The translations under genes and the position numbers were made by a program. From an uncultured Candidatus Saccharibacteria bacterium (GTDB taxonomy: Bacteria; Patescibacteriota; Minisyncoccia; Phycocordibacterales; Zambryskibacteraceae), in NCBI GenBank assembly GCA_964608585.1, contig CAZSOL010000001.1:15990-73665 (forward strand): 57,676 nt of DNA. Reading direction: 5' to 3'. Position 1 is the stretch's first letter. Every line of letters begins with the position of its first letter. The notes beneath the pieces were generated by a model. That model did not search any database. It had not been told where the DNA came from and saw nothing but the letters and a program-made list of their open reading frames with translations. Below, one piece after another: positions 1 through 8,327 of the stretch.

Positions 1-1193
1 TTCAACTTTGATCTTCGGAGAAATGATGGGACAGCACCCCAGTCGTCTTCGTCGTCGTTTATTGGTGTTGGGGCAGGGGTCTCAACTTTTTTTGCGGTTG
101 GGGATGGGGGAGTCAGTGATTCTACTGGCTTGTCTCCCTTAGGAGCGCTGAAGCTACCAAAGATTTTGGCCTTACCCTTATCCTCGTCTTCCTCCTTATC
201 TTTGTTTTGGAAGAGGGTAGTCAACTTCTTTTGCTGGTTCTCTGGGAAGCTTGAAGCAATAACAGTAATCTTGACCTCGCCCTTCTTCAACTTGTCGTCG
301 TGTACCGTACCGAAGATGATGCGGGCATTAGGATCCACAGACTCAGTGATAACCTTGGCGGCGTCTTGTATCTCAAACATAGTGAGATCGTCACCTCCAG
401 CGATGGAGAAGAGCACTCCCTTGGCGCCATTGACCGATACCTCAAGGAGAGGAGAGGAGATAGCCGCACGAGCTGCATCCTCAGCACGCTTGTCTCCTTG
501 ACCAACTCCGATACCCATAAGGGCTGCACCGGCGTCCTGCATAACGGCTCTAATGTCGGCAAAGTCGATGTTGATGATACCCGGCATTGTGATGAGGTCA
601 GATATCCCTTCTACAGCTTCCTTGAGGATGTTGTCACAGATAGCAAAGGCGTTCTTGGCGCTGGTGTCTTTGTTTATAGTAGCTAGGAGGCGGTCGTTGG
701 GGATGATAATGATAGCGTCTACCACCTGCTTTAGCTCTTCTATACCTTGCTCGGCTATACGCATACGCTGGACTCCCTCAAAGTAGAAGGGCTTGGTCAC
801 TACAGCTACGGTTAGAACCCCGTTTTCCTTAGCGGTGCGAGCGATGACAGGAGCTGCTCCAGATCCAGTGCCTCCTCCCATACCACCAGCGATGAAGACC
901 ATGTCGGCTCCCTTGATAGCCTCTTGAATCTCTTCTTTGGTTTCCTCCACTGCACGTTTACCTAGGTCTGGGTTCATGCCAGCACCGAGACCTCGAGTTA
1001 AGTTCTTGCCGATATGGACCTTCTTCTTCGCTAGAGAGTTGTGTAGGTCTTGTGCATCTGTGTTTACCGCGATGAAGTCAACACCACGAACTTTGGAGTT
1101 GATCATGTGGTTCACAGCATTCTTGCCGGAGCCTCCAACACCGATGACTTTGATACGTGCGAATGATTCTATCTCTGGTTTGACTTGTGGCAT
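1..1193 (-). CDS. ftsZ: Cell-division GTPase FtsZ; the C-terminal end runs off the window edge
   Basis: Missing from the ORF track because there is no stop in the window. Reverse translation from the ATG at 1193 gives [30 protein letters not shown]...[17 protein letters not shown] (tubulin signature GGGTGSG). It ends ...[15 protein letters not shown] at nt 3. Confidence 0.95.
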   Translation of the reverse strand, partial: MPQVKPEIESFARIKVIGVGGSGKNAVNHMINSKVRGVDFIAVNTDAQDLHNSLAKKKVHIGKNLTRGLGAGMNPDLGKRAVEETKEEIQEAIKGADMVFIAGGMGGGTGSGAAPVIARTAKENGVLTVAVVTKPFYFEGVQRMRIAEQGIEELKQVVDAIIIIPNDRLLATINKDTSAKNAFAICDNILKEAVEGISDLITMPGIINIDFADIRAVMQDAGAALMGIGVGQGDKRAEDAARAAISSPLLEVSVNGAKGVLFSIAGGDDLTMFEIQDAAKVITESVDPNARIIFGTVHDDKLKKGEVKITVIASSFPENQQKKLTTLFQNKDKEEDEDKGKAKIFGSFSAPKGDKPVESLTPPSPTAKKVETPAPTPINDDEDDWGAVPSFLRRSKL

Positions 1194-1434
1194 AAATATG
1201 ATTTATTCAGAAATTGTCCTCCGAAAATTGAGGTGCAAACATACTACACGAGGAGGATTAAAAAAGAAACAGTTGACACAAAGACAAAATGGGTTGGATT
1301 CAAAATGGAGAAATTTGGTCCAACCACTTAGGCTCCGTTTGGCTTAAAATCTGTGGATTATCACTGTATTTCTCTATTTGACTCTGCTTATTTTAAATTT
1401 TCTATTCAGAAAAAGAGTTTTTGAAACGAGAGTT

Positions 1435-2637
1435 TTATGGCAAAAATTTTGAGAACCATTGAGTGAGTGTGCGTAGTCCACGCTTACCACCTTCGGCTAT
1501 TCCTTTAAGTCCTAGGTGTCCGACCGAGCCTTGCTCGTTCTCTGCGTTGAAGCCGACAATAGCGAGACCAAGAGATGTAGACCAAGGTAGATCTTTGGAA
1601 GACATTCTCTCTTCGTCTCCAAAGTGGACAGAGCCAACAAGAGCAGGGAGCTTTAGAGAGGCTTCGGCAAAGTCTCTTAGTCCATAAAGCCCTGCTCCTC
1701 CGCCGGTAAGGATGACTCCTGCTGGTAAGAGTTGGTTCCGGCCGATTTTCTTTAGATGGGTATCAACGACCTCAAACATCTCTGAAAGCTTCTTGGCGAT
1801 GATGTCGTCCACCTTCTTCTTGGGGTACTCGTTTCTTGTGAGAGACCCTAGCTTGATAGACTCAGCCTCTTCTAAGCTTGTCTTTAAACCCAAGGCAATA
1901 CCGTTGGTAATATCGGCGCCACCCATCTCAAAGACCTCAAGCGAGAGGGGATTAGAGTTCTCAAAGACGACTAGAGACAATGTTTCTGCCCCAATGTTTA
2001 GGAGGAGGCATCCAGCCCGCTTCTGCTTCTTTGAGAGGGTGACGAAGGAGGAGGCAATAGGAGCAGCTACGACATCTGCCACCTCCACTCCAGCCCCTTC
2101 CACAGCTCTTATAAGGTCTTCTAGATGATGCTCAAGACAGGTTATGAAGAGTATCTTAACCTCAAGCTTGCTACCTCTCATACCCTCCACTCGGCCCAAG
2201 ACAGCTCTTCCATCAAGCTTGGTCTCAAGAGGGATAGTGTTGATGATCTTCCTGTTTAAGAATTGGGTCTCTGGTATGGAAGCCTCAGCTGCCTCTTGGG
2301 CATTGTTTATATCAAGGTTAGTTACTTCAAGATCGGCTCTTGATACTGCCACAGAGCCTGTAGATATGACGCTACCCAGACCCACTCCGCCCACAGAGAC
2401 GAAGGCTCGTCGTACCTCTACTCCCGCCACCTTCTCAGCCTTGTTTATGGCGTGTCTGACACTTCTTGAGACATCCTCTACACTAACGATAAAGCCCTTC
2501 TGTAGCCCTCTTGTCTCAGCAAGACCGGTGCCTAGGAGCTTTGGGACGATCCTCTCTCCAACATTAACCTCTTCGGCGATTGTCGCCTTGACGCTTTGAC
2601 TGCCGATGTCTATTCCTACTGAGATGTGACGTGCCAT
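1435..2637 (-). CDS. ftsA: Cell-division protein FtsA (actin-like ATPase)
   Basis: 400-aa ORF with N-terminus ISVGIDIGSQSVKA and a C-terminal GGGAGLYGL motif. It lies directly upstream of ftsZ on the same strand, the classic ftsA-ftsZ order. Confidence 0.9.
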   Translation of the reverse strand: MARHISVGIDIGSQSVKATIAEEVNVGERIVPKLLGTGLAETRGLQKGFIVSVEDVSRSVRHAINKAEKVAGVEVRRAFVSVGGVGLGSVISTGSVAVSRADLEVTNLDINNAQEAAEASIPETQFLNRKIINTIPLETKLDGRAVLGRVEGMRGSKLEVKILFITCLEHHLEDLIRAVEGAGVEVADVVAAPIASSFVTLSKKQKRAGCLLLNIGAETLSLVVFENSNPLSLEVFEMGGADITNGIALGLKTSLEEAESIKLGSLTRNEYPKKKVDDIIAKKLSEMFEVVDTHLKKIGRNQLLPAGVILTGGGAGLYGLRDFAEASLKLPALVGSVHFGDEERMSSKDLPWSTSLGLAIVGFNAENEQGSVGHLGLKGIAEGGKRGLRTLTQWFSKFLP

Positions 2638-2938
2638 TAAATAGTTTCAAATATTTTTTTTCAGCTTCCTCCATTTTAGCGCTATGTTGCATACCTTTCA
2701 AATGAAGTAGTGCGTGGATAAGCAAATGTTTTTGAGTAAACCCTTTGAGTCCATCAACGTTTATGAAAATTTCTCCAGAGTTTTTTGAAAGTGGGAAGGC
2801 CAGAACGTTGGTTGGTTTGTCCTTACCTCTATAGATACGGTTCAGCTTTCTTGAGAGGGTATTGTTGCAAAAGACGAGCGAGAGCTCGTATTTTTTACCC
2901 AAAATCTTATCTTTTATTTTATCTGCGTTTCTTACCAA
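2564..2938 (-). CDS. ybeY: rRNA maturation endoribonuclease YbeY
   Basis: 124 aa with a TTG start. Contains NVLAFP and HALLHLKGMQH (H-x3-H-x5-H metal site). The last ~25 Arg-rich codons overlap the ftsA start. Confidence 0.75.
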   Translation of the reverse strand: MVRNADKIKDKILGKKYELSLVFCNNTLSRKLNRIYRGKDKPTNVLAFPLSKNSGEIFINVDGLKGFTQKHLLIHALLHLKGMQHSAKMEEAEKKYLKLFNGTSHLSRNRHRQSKRQGDNRRRG

Positions 2939-3170
2939 ACTTTTGGAGTTCGTTCATCTTACCTAGCTTCAAGAGCTCGTTGATAGACTCTTTCTTCTTG
3001 AGATAACTTAAGGTCTTAGCACGCTTGACGTTCTCACTCTTAACTCTCTCAGCATAGCGCTTGCTCCTAACCTTCATAAGGATACCAGCACCTTGAACAC
3101 GCTTCTGGAAGCGTCTTAAGACGCTTAGGTTGTTCTCGTTGGCTCCTTTGGTTACCTCAATATTTATCAT
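2919..3170 (-). CDS. rpsU: 30S ribosomal protein bS21
   Basis: 83-aa basic protein, MINIEVTKGANENNLSVLRRFQKRVQ..., typical S21. Confidence 0.85.
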   Translation of the reverse strand: MINIEVTKGANENNLSVLRRFQKRVQGAGILMKVRSKRYAERVKSENVKRAKTLSYLKKKESINELLKLGKMNELQKFGKKRR

Positions 3171-3222
3171 TTGTCGGGCTACTTTAGCACGTTATTTAGC
3201 CCTCGGCAAGCCTTAAACCTAC

Positions 3223-4341
3223 TTAAATAGGTAGGTGTTTGAGATAGTCGGAGATGCGGGATAGGGGGATAGTGTCTTGGGCACGGGTAGAGACGTTCCT
3301 TACCGTCACGGTGCCGTCTAGGGCCTCCTTCTGACCGACAATGATGTGGTACTTGGATTCTACAGCTTCTGGAGACTGCATCTGGGCAGCCAGCTTGTCT
3401 CGGCCTAGGTAGTGATATACAGGGAGTCTTGAAGCCCTAAGAGTCTCTATGAGAGACAGAGTCTTCATCCTCGCTTCGCGTCCAAGGTGGATGAGGTAGA
3501 ACTTGGACTTAGGGGCTTCTTTATATGTTTTATTTTCTTTACTCTTCTTCTCTCCATAAATAGTTGCGCCGATGAGAGAGAGCTCACGCTTGAAGCCGAA
3601 GCGCTTGGATAGGCGAGAGTATCGGTATCCTCCAGCCAAGAGTTTCCCCTCACTTCCACGAACGGTGAAGAGAGCTTCGGAACAGAAGTTCTTGTGTCCA
3701 ACAAGTTCTGGAGCAAAGCGATACTCTATGTTAAGAGCGTCTAAGTAGTCTATGATCTCTTTGAGGTTGCTCCTGCTTTGGGAGGTGAGACTAGCAATGG
3801 ATGTTGGGATGTCCTTCTTTAGAGGCTCTACCTCTTCGTGGTTTAGCTTGTGTAGGGAGAAGACGTCTTCCTTGAGGATCTTTTTGTTTTCAGCACCAAT
3901 GGGGTGGCAACTCTTGGCTAAGAAGTTCTTCAACTCTCTTTCGTATGAGGCTATGGAATCTTTGTCTCCTATAGAGTTTATCTCTACGACTAAGTCCTTG
4001 TAACCTTCTTCTGAGAGTATAGATAGGCTGGTACGAATGAGTTTGGCCTCCGCTACTCCTATAGGGTAGCCGACGAGCTCAAAGGAGTAGTCCCTGCCTC
4101 TTTTCCAAGAGAGAGCAAGTGGGTGAGGTAGAGAGCCCATCTTCTTGTCTATGTAGTGACGGATGAAGGCGGCCTTCTCTGGAGCATTACAGATAAGCCT
4201 GCCAGAAGTCTTCTCCACGTTTTCCTCACAATCCTTTGTCATCTTGATATCTATCTCACTAACCGAAGGAGTCTCTATCGGTGTGAAGCCGAAGTGCGCG
4301 GCAATCCAAAGAGGTCTATCAAACTCAATTTTCTTCTTCAT
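3223..4341 (-). CDS. hisS: Histidyl-tRNA-synthetase-like protein (class II core plus HisRS-type anticodon-binding domain) with divergent catalytic motifs
   Basis: GGYRYSRL resembles HisRS motif 3 (GGGRYD). The C-terminal FYLIHLG...IIVGQKEALDGTVTVRN resembles the HisRS anticodon-binding domain. The motif 2 arginines are not recognisable. I prefer the ATG at 4341 (MKKKIEF) over the track's TTG at 4353. Confidence 0.55.
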   Translation of the reverse strand: MKKKIEFDRPLWIAAHFGFTPIETPSVSEIDIKMTKDCEENVEKTSGRLICNAPEKAAFIRHYIDKKMGSLPHPLALSWKRGRDYSFELVGYPIGVAEAKLIRTSLSILSEEGYKDLVVEINSIGDKDSIASYERELKNFLAKSCHPIGAENKKILKEDVFSLHKLNHEEVEPLKKDIPTSIASLTSQSRSNLKEIIDYLDALNIEYRFAPELVGHKNFCSEALFTVRGSEGKLLAGGYRYSRLSKRFGFKRELSLIGATIYGEKKSKENKTYKEAPKSKFYLIHLGREARMKTLSLIETLRASRLPVYHYLGRDKLAAQMQSPEAVESKYHIIVGQKEALDGTVTVRNVSTRAQDTIPLSRISDYLKHLPI

Positions 4342-4909
4342 TCTTTTGTACAAACTTTTCTAATGATCCGGGCCAGAGAGTAAGAGGCCATGCTCTAAGA
4401 ATTGGTCGGCCGATGATGTTGTCTTCTGGCACTCCGCCCCAGTAGCGTGAGTCAGAGCTCCCAGCTCGGTTGTCGCCCATTACGAAGTATTCGTCATCCT
4501 CCATTTTGTATGTAGAGTTGTCATCTTTGCTATACACAACGTAAGACTCGTCTAGGACAAACCCTTCGGGGTTCTCGGTGTTTGTAACGGTTACTCGGCC
4601 TTGGTTTATGGTTATCTCTTCGTTAGGGAGACCTATCACTCTCTTGATGTAGTACTTCTTGGGGTTGTTGGGGTACTTAAAGATGAGTACTGAGCCACGT
4701 TCTGGGGTTTTGAAGTGGTATGAGAGTTCATCCACTATAAGATACTCACTGTTTTTGAAAGTTGGGTCCATTGAGGCCCCATCTACGATGAAGGGTTGAG
4801 CAATGAAGAGCCTGAAGGGGATAACGAATACAACTGCTATGAGTACAAGCTTACCTAATTCCTTCCAAAAACTTTCTTTCGTATCTGGAGTAGCTAGGTT
4901 TGGTTCCAT
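4325..4909 (-). CDS. lepB: Signal peptidase I
   Basis: 194 aa with an N-terminal TM segment, then GASMDPTF (catalytic Ser box), YIKRVIGLP and GDNRAGSSDSRYWG. Confidence 0.9.
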   Translation of the reverse strand: MEPNLATPDTKESFWKELGKLVLIAVVFVIPFRLFIAQPFIVDGASMDPTFKNSEYLIVDELSYHFKTPERGSVLIFKYPNNPKKYYIKRVIGLPNEEITINQGRVTVTNTENPEGFVLDESYVVYSKDDNSTYKMEDDEYFVMGDNRAGSSDSRYWGGVPEDNIIGRPILRAWPLTLWPGSLEKFVQKNEEEN

Positions 4910-4920
4910 AATTTTCGGAC

Positions 4921-4933
4921 ATTGTATTACAAT
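4921..4933. promoter_or_regulatory. Palindromic back-to-back -10 boxes in the 30-bp lepB/pth divergent gap
   Basis: ATTGTA-T-TACAAT reads TACAAT on both strands. On the plus strand TACAAT (4928-4933) lies 6 nt before the pth ATG at 4940. The minus-strand copy lies 11 nt before the lepB ATG at 4909. Confidence 0.45.
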
Positions 4934-4939
4934 ACTTAG

Positions 4940-5431
4940 ATGTACACAATAATTGGTCTAGGAAATCCTGGCGAAGAGTACCAAATGACTCGCCACAACA
5001 CTGGCAAAATGGCTATGGAAGAGCTAGAGAAGGCCGGAGTTGGTGCAAAGCTTATACACCAAGACACTTTTATGAATAAGTCTGGTGTGGCAGTAGCAAA
5101 ACTTATCAAAAGTAAGAAGGCTGCCCAGAAGCTTGTGGTCATCTATGACGACTTGGACCTTCCCTTGGGCACAATGAGGATCTCTTATAACCGTGGTTCT
5201 GGTGGACACAAGGGTGTTGAGTCGGTGGCTAGAGCAGTGAAGACTAAGGAGTTTATAAGGATCCGCATAGGTATCGGCAAAAGAGGTGATGTAGAGAAAT
5301 ACATCTTGGGCAAGTTTACCCCCAAGGAGCTTGGAGTTCTTAAAAAAACTTTCAAAAATGTAGTAACTGCAGTTGAGACTATTATTGAAGATGGTTACGA
5401 GAGGGCAATGACGGAGTTTAATTCTAAGTAA
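4940..5431 (+). CDS. pth: Peptidyl-tRNA hydrolase
   Basis: 163 aa: IIGLGNPGEEYQMTRHNTG, FMNKSGVAV, YDDLDLPLG, GSGGHKGVES. Confidence 0.92.
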   Translation: MYTIIGLGNPGEEYQMTRHNTGKMAMEELEKAGVGAKLIHQDTFMNKSGVAVAKLIKSKKAAQKLVVIYDDLDLPLGTMRISYNRGSGGHKGVESVARAVKTKEFIRIRIGIGKRGDVEKYILGKFTPKELGVLKKTFKNVVTAVETIIEDGYERAMTEFNSK

Positions 5432-5450
5432 AGAAAATGGCTACAACTTG

Positions 5451-5870
5451 TTAGTTGTAGCCACGGTTACGGGTCATGCTTTTGTATAGTCCGACAAGTC
5501 TACTTACGAGTGGTGTAAGCAACCTTCGCTCACCTTCAGGGTCGATTTGGGACAATTTCATCCGGAGATCACTCTGAAGATCTTTGAGAGATCTTATGGA
5601 GATGACATCTAGATTCGCCCACTCCGATATCCACCCACTCTTCTTCCAAGGCTCAAAGATCTCTTTTGTAGCAGACTGAGCCTCTTCCTTAGAGAAGACA
5701 AACGGAGAGAAGGCATCGTTCTGTTGCACCTCAGCCCTGATCCTCGCTTGCTCTCCGACCTTGGAGATTACATCTAGAAGTTCTACGACGAAGATGTCTT
5801 CATGCCCGTTTTCCCTTAACAAGATCTCGGTGAGCATGAGCACCGCGATCTTGGCCGGTGTTACACTCAC
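5451..5870 (-). CDS. Hypothetical protein
   Basis: The ORF track has a TTG at 5933. I prefer the GTG at 5870 because a GGAGG lies 5 nt upstream and a TGgTTATCT -10-like box lies further upstream. No recognisable domain. Confidence 0.45.
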   Translation of the reverse strand: MSVTPAKIAVLMLTEILLRENGHEDIFVVELLDVISKVGEQARIRAEVQQNDAFSPFVFSKEEAQSATKEIFEPWKKSGWISEWANLDVISIRSLKDLQSDLRMKLSQIDPEGERRLLTPLVSRLVGLYKSMTRNRGYN

Positions 5871-5937
5871 TTTAACCTCCTGAAGGGGGACTTTTCTACC
5901 GTTTAGATAACCACACTTAGACCAAAATATCAATCAA

Positions 5938-5966
5938 ACAAAAACCCCGCCAAGGCGGGGTTTTTG
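5938..5966. terminator. Rho-independent terminator, A-run/T-run on both sides
   Basis: aaaaCCCCGCcaagGCGGGGttttt lies directly after the rpsA stop at 5978. Confidence 0.8.
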
Positions 5967-5977
5967 TGTCTTTAGAA

Positions 5978-7084
5978 TTATTTCTTACTCTTGTCTATGT
6001 AAGTGAGAGCCATCTTCTGCTCCTTGGGGTCAAAGAGAGTGATCTTGAAGGAGTAAGACTTACCCATCTCAAGAGTTTCGCGGAGCTTCTCCTCGCTACC
6101 AAACTCAGAGACGTGTACGAGGCCCGCCACACCTTCCTCAATAGAGGCCAAGGCACCGTGCTTGTTGTACTTGATGATGACACCTTCTACCACATCGTCC
6201 TTGTTGTAGTTCTTGGAGGCGTCCTTCCAAGGGTTCTCCTTCAAGGCTTTGATAGAGAGGGAGATCTTGTCGTCCTTTATCTCAATAATCTTGACCTTGA
6301 CCTTCTCACCAATCTTAAACATAGCCTTAGGGTTCTCTACTAGGCCCCAGTCAATCTCTGAGATGTGTACTAGTCCTTCTAGCCCCTCCTCAAGTTTGAT
6401 GAAGACTCCAAAGTCTACAAGACCAGTAACCTCTCCAGTTAGCTCATCACCAAGTGCATACTTGGCCAAGATACTCTCCTTGCTCTTGGTCTCAGGTGAC
6501 TTCTCAGAGAAGATAAGTTTACCCTCCTTAGGTTGTGCTCCAATGATAGTGACAGAGAGCTTCTCTCCAACAAGCTTCCTTAGTTCGTCTAGGATCTTGT
6601 CCTTGTCGCCGTCGTTAACTCTTGGATAGTGCTCAGGCTTAAGTTGAGAAGCAGGTAGGAAGCCTTGTATACCTTGCCAGCTTAGTATGAGTCCACCCTT
6701 GTTTGCGTCAGTAACAGCAATCTCAAAGATTCTTTTCTCTTGTATTGCTTCCTCGGCCTCACTCCAGATGAGTGCTTGGCGTGCCTCCTTAAGAGAGATC
6801 TCAATGTATCCCTCCTTGCCTCCGATATCTACAACTTTGCCAGCGACGGTATCTCCAACGTTTATCTTCTTGATAATGTCGCGAGCGTTCATAAACTCAC
6901 GACCAAAGATGATACCCGTACCGTATGGTGGTAGGTCTATGTATACAGCACCCTTGTCTATACTTATAACCGATCCCTCCACCACGTCATCTATGTTTGG
7001 TGGGAGAGGGGACTTCTCAGAAAGTTTGCCCATAAGTGAGTTGTCAGCAACAACATCACTATCTTTAGTTTTTGATTTAAACAA
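5978..7084 (-). CDS. rpsA: 30S ribosomal protein bS1 (four S1 domains)
   Basis: 368 aa with repeated S1/OB modules (GSVISIDKGAVYIDL, GKVVDIGGKEGYIEISL, GEVTGLVDFGVFIKL, GVIIKYNKHGALASI). The start is uncertain: TTG at 7084, or the ATG 17 codons downstream. Confidence 0.85.
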   Translation of the reverse strand: MFKSKTKDSDVVADNSLMGKLSEKSPLPPNIDDVVEGSVISIDKGAVYIDLPPYGTGIIFGREFMNARDIIKKINVGDTVAGKVVDIGGKEGYIEISLKEARQALIWSEAEEAIQEKRIFEIAVTDANKGGLILSWQGIQGFLPASQLKPEHYPRVNDGDKDKILDELRKLVGEKLSVTIIGAQPKEGKLIFSEKSPETKSKESILAKYALGDELTGEVTGLVDFGVFIKLEEGLEGLVHISEIDWGLVENPKAMFKIGEKVKVKIIEIKDDKISLSIKALKENPWKDASKNYNKDDVVEGVIIKYNKHGALASIEEGVAGLVHVSEFGSEEKLRETLEMGKSYSFKITLFDPKEQKMALTYIDKSKK

Positions 7085-7170
7085 TTTATTTGGTCCCGTC
7101 CGGTTCTTCTAGATTTAGAATGTGTGCCGATCTAGAAGGGGTTACGAATCGAGAGGGCAAAACTCTAACA

Positions 7171-7200
7171 TAAAAAAAACCACCACGCAATGCGTGGTGT
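7171..7200 (-). terminator. Rho-independent terminator (minus strand)
   Basis: The minus strand reads CACCACGCattGCGTGGTGG followed by eight T. Confidence 0.7.
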
Positions 7201-7244
7201 GAGTGATCCTTTCTACCAAGGACCGTCCTTGGTAAGGAGGGGAT

Positions 7245-7397
7245 CTAGAACCCTGGTGTGTTCGGCAGGGCTTCAATCCTTGGCTCTCGGCCGAAGCTGT
7301 TCTTGCCAAGTATTGCATCACTTACCAAGATAGCGCCGATGAGTCCGATGATGATGGTAAGGTCATTGACGACCTTCTCCAGAGTGGCTCTCTTCAA
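7245..7397 (-). CDS. Candidate 50-aa single-TM small protein (below the ORF-track cutoff)
   Basis: AGGAG sits 6 nt before the TTG. Translation is (M)KRATLEKVVNDLTIIIGLIGAILVSDAILGKNSFGREPRIEALPNTPGF. It is followed by two hairpins, including the terminator at 7171-7200. Confidence 0.3.
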   Translation of the reverse strand: MKRATLEKVVNDLTIIIGLIGAILVSDAILGKNSFGREPRIEALPNTPGF

Positions 7398-7497
7398 GAA
7401 GATCTCCTAGGGTTTTGGTCTACTCTTAATAATATATCAATATAAGTAGTTTGTCAAGTTTTGAGTAAAAATTTTACTGGTAATTTAAGTCCAAAAA

Positions 7498-7506
7498 TGC
7501 TAAAAT
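7498..7506 (+). promoter_or_regulatory. Extended -10 (TGcTAAAAT) 6 nt upstream of the ATG at 7513
   Basis: TG at 7498-7499 and TAAAAT at 7501-7506. There is no SD between the box and the ATG. Confidence 0.5.
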
Positions 7507-7512
7507 AGGTTC

Positions 7513-8052
7513 ATGATTATCACTTACCAAGGCGGAGATTCTTTCAAAGTCTCTCAGGGAGAGTTGTCTGTCGTGGTGAACCCCAAGAGCAAGGTCTCAG
7601 CTGATGTAACACTTTTTAATCTTGGGAAAGAGGATACATCGGAGAAGTCTGGCTTCATTATTTCTGGTCCGGGGGAATACGAAGTTAAGGGGATCTCGGT
7701 CAAAGGCTTTCAGTCCAAGGGAGAGCAAGGAAGGATAAACACTATATATATGGTTGGTTTTGAGGGAGTGAATCTTTGCTTCTTGGGTAGTCTTGATACA
7801 GATGAGCTTCCCAGTGACACTCTTGAGAACTTAGAGGACATAGATATTCTCTTTGCTCCGGTCTCAAGACAGAAGCTAGCAGTGTCCCTTGAGCCAGCGC
7901 TTATCATCCCAGCAAGATATACACCAGATACGCTTAAGAAGTTCTTTAAGGAGTCTGGTGAGGACAATGTTAAGAGCGAAGACAAGCTTGTAATAAAGAA
8001 GAAGGACCTAGAAGGTAAGGAAGGTGAGATAATGGTATTGAAAGAGGAGTAG
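7513..8052 (+). CDS. MBL-fold (UPF0173-like) protein lacking an obvious HxHxDH motif
   Basis: 179 aa. The N-terminus MIITYQGGDSFKVSQGELSVVVNP resembles MKITyLGHSaF..idP of the metal-dependent hydrolases. No histidine cluster was seen. Confidence 0.4.
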   Translation: MIITYQGGDSFKVSQGELSVVVNPKSKVSADVTLFNLGKEDTSEKSGFIISGPGEYEVKGISVKGFQSKGEQGRINTIYMVGFEGVNLCFLGSLDTDELPSDTLENLEDIDILFAPVSRQKLAVSLEPALIIPARYTPDTLKKFFKESGEDNVKSEDKLVIKKKDLEGKEGEIMVLKEE

Positions 8053-8072
8053 AAAGGGAGAATAATAAGTAT

Positions 8073-8327
8073 ATGAAAAAATATCTCAAGGAACTGCACC
8101 AAAAACCTCACCACCACAAGAAGCGCTTTGCTCTCTTGGCTTCGGGGATTGTGACTCTGTCTATCTTTGCTGTTTGGTCGGCAGTGCGTTTAAGCGACGA
8201 GCCCGTTGTGGCAAAGCAGACAACAGGTCCTGTTGATCTAGCCGCCGCTATAGAGTCCACAAACGGCTTGACTGAAGTTGTTAAGGATATCAAGTCGGCT
8301 TGGCAAACACTTACAGATGACAAATAA
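8073..8327 (+). CDS. Small membrane-anchored hypothetical protein
   Basis: 84 aa with a His/Lys-rich N-terminus and one TM segment ([20 protein letters not shown]). The stop overlaps the gyrA start by 11 nt. Confidence 0.5.
   Translation: MKKYLKELHQKPHHHKKRFALLASGIVTLSIFAVWSAVRLSDEPVVAKQTTGPVDLAAAIESTNGLTEVVKDIKSAWQTLTDDK

Noticed and set aside
2564-2637. The 74-nt overlap of ybeY with ftsA, giving YbeY an Arg-rich 25-aa tail. It could indicate a frameshift or fusion.
   Set aside because: The conserved YbeY core ends (..EKKYLKLF) exactly where the ftsA ATG lies. The tail is most simply a late stop in an overlapping frame, not a separate feature.
8278-8316. Longest-ORF N-terminal extensions: gyrA from 8278, dnaX from 39209, rpsP from 56940, GIY-YIG from 27001, paralogue 4 from 14631 and rnr from 57058.
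   Set aside because: The extensions overlap upstream genes, terminators, tRNA-derived sequence or the divergent gene's start. The conserved protein N-termini begin at the internal ATGs used in the feature list.
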